Below are positions 21,785 through 26,131 of a stretch of DNA of 26,131 nucleotides, piece by piece. Both the position numbers and the translations under genes were made by a program. Below the pieces are notes generated by a model, which was not told the origin of the DNA, ran no database searches, and saw only the letters and a program-made list of their open reading frames with translations. The DNA is from Fistulifera solaris (Eukaryota): positions 1,426,001 through 1,452,131 of the forward strand of contig AP026130.1 of the NCBI GenBank assembly GCA_030295235.1, read 5' to 3'. Each line of letters starts with the position of its first letter. The first letter of the stretch is position 1.

Positions 21785-22347
21785 GAAAAAAAGATGAAAG
21801 AGTTGATGTTTAGGTGAGAAAAGGTAATGTGGAAGTATCACTCATTAGTAACTTGAGGTTTTATTTGATAAAATAGAGTGTTGATGACTTAATGAAAAGA
21901 AATGAGGAGAAAAGGATGCCGTTTCATTGAGTTATGGCCAAAAAAGCGATGGTATTTGTTGTTTGCAACTCATTGTAATGAATTTTCCACCAAGCTGTGA
22001 TTCAATGATAGCGGGAATTCTTGTACTGAAAAATCTTGTAAAGATCACTAGATTCTATCACAAAGAAGGGGTTGAATATGGTTCAATTTTGAGCGAGAAA
22101 TCGGTGTTATAGTGACTTTTTGTTGATGTTGGAGGTTATAGAAGCAATTTTTTGGCATGCCGAGGACCGTTTCTTTTCAAGCTTTCTTCATTGATGCAAT
22201 TTAAATAGTAAATAAGAGTTTATGAGAGAGAAATCGCACCGAATGATATGAAGTTGGTGTATTTATTGACACTTTAGTTCTGTAGAAATCCTTGTTGTGC
22301 TCATTGGGTAGGGGGGAGATAAGGAAAAGAGGAAGGGAGGGGAAAGG

Positions 22348-22849
22348 TGTTGGAATTCACCCTGATCTGCAACGCCCGATGGTATTCAACCTGGCCAGAC
22401 TTTCAGTTGGGATCGGTAATAGAGTAAATAGGTCTAGCGATGTTCTTTTAACTGGTCTTGCTTATCTTTATCGTAGACTGGATTCATCCGAAGAATGCGG
22501 TCTTCCGACCAGCATCCACATCGGCTGAATTGGCGTTGAGCTTTCCCAGCCACTAGATCTGCCCAGGTGACCAGCACTGGATTCATCCGAAGAATCACGG
22601 TCTTCCGACCAGCATCCACATCGGCTGAATTGACGCGTTGAGCTTTCCCAGCCACTAGATCTGCCCAGGTGACCGGCGTGGCTGGTCTGCTGCTACCTGT
22701 TTACTGTTTCCTTTTACCCGCTTACTAGGATCTTGTCCCTTTGCCTCCGGCTCGCCAATCCGCGGAGCGTTAGTGATTCTGATGACGTCCGTGAAGGCGG
22801 GATTCCGGTCACTCGGGAGTACAGCCCAATATCGTTCGACATTCCAACA
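22348..22849 (-). repeat. 3' LTR (502 bp) of the Copia element, with an internal ~99-bp tandem duplication
   Basis: Bounded by the perfect 9-bp inverted repeat TGTTGGAAT...ATTCCAACA. On the minus strand it is preceded by purine-rich GAGAGAGCCG (PPT-like) just after the RNase H region. Internal direct repeat at ~22477-22572 / 22576-22673. Confidence 0.85.
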
Positions 22850-25800
22850 CGGCTCTCTCGACTTGATTAGGCGGGATCTCGCGTAACGAGGTCGACATGC
22901 TTATACCCTAAAATGACATCACGGAACTTTCGAAACAAACCACCATTCAGAGGTTTAGGTGAAGAAATCCGCCAACATCACCAATGTGGGACAATGCGGA
23001 CCCGGATCTCCATGTCAGTGGTCCTATCCTTGATCCAAAAATATCGAATGTCAATATGTCGGGATTTTTGACCCGCTGATAACCTTCCATTGGTCTCCCA
23101 TACGAATTCGCTCTCGTTGTCCTGTTCAAAAACTATCTCGGTCATCTTGTGTCCCTGCGGCTTCCATGAATAATTTCACCCAAATTGTGTGTGGCAGATA
23201 GTCACTTGCTCCCACTAACTCAGCTTCCGTCCGAACTCCTGGTATTCAGCTTTTGCTTTGCCGATTTACAAGCGAGACCTCCACGTCCGAAGAAGTGATT
23301 CCTCCCGTGTGACTTTTCATGTCTGGGTGTACGCGAACGCTGCATCCACCCAAGACTGCATTTTGTTCAAACTGTCAAGCCCATCGTATATGTCAGATCT
23401 AGCGTTCCTTTGACATACTCCAGTACCCTTTTGAGCTTAGCTCGATCTTGTTGGGTACTTTTGGTTACTTCGGGTGCATAGAAAAGATACCGGGAGCAAA
23501 ATGTCCATTCGGGCTCTCACTGCGACTTAAAGAAGTTTTGCTACTGCAGCGAAAAACTTGAAATCGTCCCCTTCAATGCCGGCTGATGCCTGCGTCTATG
23601 TCAAATAGGCTACTTCTTGCCGGTGTTGTTGCCTCACGCGTAATATCAAGCTTTGATTCGTCTATGCTCTCTTGTAAGTATTCCCTCATCTGCACCGTCC
23701 GCGGTATTGTTGGGTTGAAACTCTATGTTCATACCTAAGAACTTGTGTCGCGAACCACGGGTGACCGACATTTTTCGAATCGACTTTCAATCTCCTCTAT
23801 CCGCGCTAGTCACTCGGCAGGGTCAACATGGGAAACCTTCATATCATCGACATACCAAGCGATTGTGCACTGTTTTCCGTTGATCATCTTATTTGCTATG
23901 CAGGTATCATAGGGATTGAGTTCAAAACCCATGTCCTGAAAGCGCGCCGGCAAACATTTAGAGTACCATAGTAAAGCACTACACACACATCCATACAGCG
24001 CCTTCAGCAGTTGTACGTACAACACCCTTTTTCCTCGCCGACAGCAACAAAAGCTTCGTACTTCGGATTCATTTTGCACATGATGTCTACCGACTCTCCG
24101 GTGAATTTTAACAAAGTGAAGTCCTTCATATTCGCTTTTAAATCGCCCCACAACATCCGCTATGGCAGCGTCCGTCCTTCGTGGCGTCAACAATCAACGA
24201 CAGTAACAAGCATCCGTCCGAAGCGATTAGGCGGCGCCCGTTCGCGATTTGTGGTACATATCCTTCTGTACACTTCCGTCGGCTACTGTTCTTCCTTTGA
24301 TGCGTCCGTGGCGCTTTTTTGTGACCAGGTTGATGGCTCGAAGTGCCGATTTCTTTGGGCCCGCGTCAAATTTTCCGCCCTCATTGCCATGAAGACCTGT
24401 TCGAGGTCGTCGAGTTGAGCAAATTCTTTCATGAGGGCCTGCACCGCGTCCTCGCCGTACAGTTTGATCGCCGCTTTTGCGGTCAATTGAGCGAACACTC
24501 GTCCAAAGATGATTTTCTGCAGCTGCTTCATGTTCATCTTTCCTTTCTGTCCTTCTTGGTCGATTGTGTTCAATGCCGCCTGGACAAGGATGGTTTGAAA
24601 AAGAACCGTCCGGGGTCTCGTACGCTTTTGAACTGTGCGGTTCATCCATGGACTCTGCTAGTCTTGTGGGAGCGCGGAGATTTTCGCGGTTTACGCCCAG
24701 GTTGTATCGTGCTTCCTGTATTTGTGGAGCCGGGTTGTTGTCTGTTTCTCTTTGTTCTTAGTTGTCAAAAGCCGCTCCTTCTTCTGCACCGACTAAGTGT
24801 TCAACTTCTTGGTGCGTTTGATCTTCGTTGTTTTCAAATTCTGGCTCCTTGGGCTTCGAGCGCTTCTTGATTGATGTTTACTTGGTCTAAAAATGCTTCC
24901 TCTTGCGCTCCTTGCGGCGCATCGATTTATTCATTAATGTAGGCTTCGAGTGTTTGACCGCTTCCTCGTCAAACATTGCCTCTTCTGTCTCGCTTTCATG
25001 ATCATGATTGTGTACTGCTTCGTGCATTTGATTGTGGTCTTGAGTTTGCGTCTCCGTTTTCGTATTCATTTTAAGTCTTGATTTTTCTTGGTTGTGATTG
25101 TCTTGGTTGTCTTGGTTCTCTTAGTAGGCAAAGAAAAGGTTCTCCGCTCCTTGATCCAGATCATGTATTGGGAATGGATCATCAATTTCGTCGGGGAAAA
25201 ATTAAGTAAATTTGGTCGGGATCTCCCCATTCGACAATTAATCCCGTGGTTTGAATAAGTGGCTGATTGTCTGCAAGCTCGCCGAGAGCAGCCATTGCGC
25301 AATAACTGGGTCGCGAATGGGGCATATGGTCCACTAGTGGCGAACTATGACTTCCCCTGATGCCAAGGAGAGGAAATAGTAAGCGCACGCCCGTGGTTAC
25401 CAGTCGGTCCGAGTGCTATGGCGCCATGAGTCGCGAGCGGGGTGTGTTGCTGGGGAATTCGGCCGAATCATATACTTGCAGCGTAGGCCCCAAATTCAAT
25501 CCGCATCGTGTTGTAATCCGGGCTCCGGGGACCCTGTCATGATAGTTTCTGGGGATAGATGCGTCCCGGAGCGCCCGTATTTCCGCGGAAAAATGTTCAG
25601 CAGATGGACAGCGTTCATCATGAGGTGTTGGATGAAAACAACAGGGAGGCGGGTGTCACGGCAGTCCGTGAATGGTTATGCGTGCCCGCTCCTTGATTGT
25701 CGCGATTAGACCGTTCGATCACCGGGGACATGTGTGTTTGGGCGGCGATGTCAAGTCTCCACGGGACCAAGATCGTCGCGCAAACATGCAAAGTCGTTGT

Positions 25801-25943
25801 CCCCGTGAATTGCGGTAACAGGGAGTCCCCGTCCTTTATAAATCTCGAGAAGACGGCGTAATTCCTTTAGCATGGTGGCTTTTTTGGCAATTGGAGCGCG
25901 GGTGCTATGGTTAAACCATCCAATAGTGCGCGAAATGGTCACC
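22348..25943 (-). mobile_element. Ty1/Copia (CoDi-type) LTR retrotransposon, degenerate and 5'-truncated by the telomere
   Basis: Minus-strand domain order is INT-RT-RH. Integrase: VTISRTIGW...YKGRGLPVTAIHGDNDF...VIERSNR. RT: KGRTVADGS, YVQLLKALYG...SALLWY, NPYDTCIANKMINGKQCTIAWYVDDMKVSH. RNase H: WVDA...HPDMKSHTG, KQKLNTRS, MLADFF, FRKFRDVILG. Many frameshifts are present; gag, protease and the 5' LTR are absent. Confidence 0.93.
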
Positions 25944-26131
25944 TTAGGGTTAGGGTTAGGGTTAGGGTTAGGGTTAGGGTTAGGGTTAGGGTTAGGGTTA
26001 GGGTTAGGGTTAGGGTTAGGGTTAGGGTTAGGGTTAGGGTTAGGGTTAGGGTTAGGGTTAGGGTTAGGGTTAGGGTTAGGGGTTAGGGTTAGGGTTAGGG
26101 TTAGAGGGTTAGGGTTAGGGTTAGGAGTTAG
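25944..26131 (+). repeat. Telomere (TTAGGG)n, about 31 units to the window end
   Basis: Perfect TTAGGG array, with a few variant units in the last ~55 bp. Confidence 0.98.

Noticed and set aside
22109..22121. ATAGTGAC as the right TIR of the Harbinger element
   Set aside because: Only ~9 bp match; the terminal GCTC and the TTA/TAA target are missing.
21790..22300. AT-rich segment possibly derived from another transposon
   Set aside because: No terminal repeats or protein motif could be supported by eye.
26075..26131. Variant telomere units (TTAGGGG, TTAGAGGG, TTAGGAG) as a mixed-repeat telomerase signature
   Set aside because: They are confined to the extreme contig end, where read errors are expected.

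Overview
Eukaryotic chromosome end, most likely from a diatom (inferred from short GT-AG introns, a CoDi-type Copia element and diatom-typical protein families). The first ~18.3 kb is gene-dense. It holds the 3' part of a Nup188-like nucleoporin, a single-pass membrane protein with RxL/KxxK motifs and cytosolic PxW repeats, a diatom-type KVxF...RGLE protein, a tandem duplication with one truncated and one intact histidine-brace LPMO (AA15/AA10-like, CBM1-like tail), a small hypothetical gene and an ankyrin-DHHC palmitoyltransferase. The last ~7.5 kb is a layered subtelomere. In order it holds a short duplication, a decayed PIF/Harbinger element, a 16-17 bp minisatellite, a fragment of a CRE-like endonuclease retrotransposon capped by a relic TTAGGG tract, a purine-rich tract, and a Copia element cut off inside its integrase by the current (TTAGGG)n telomere. 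Several genes carry single-base frameshifts, mostly in homopolymers, which are probably consensus errors. All family calls come from motif recognition by eye; no database searches were run.
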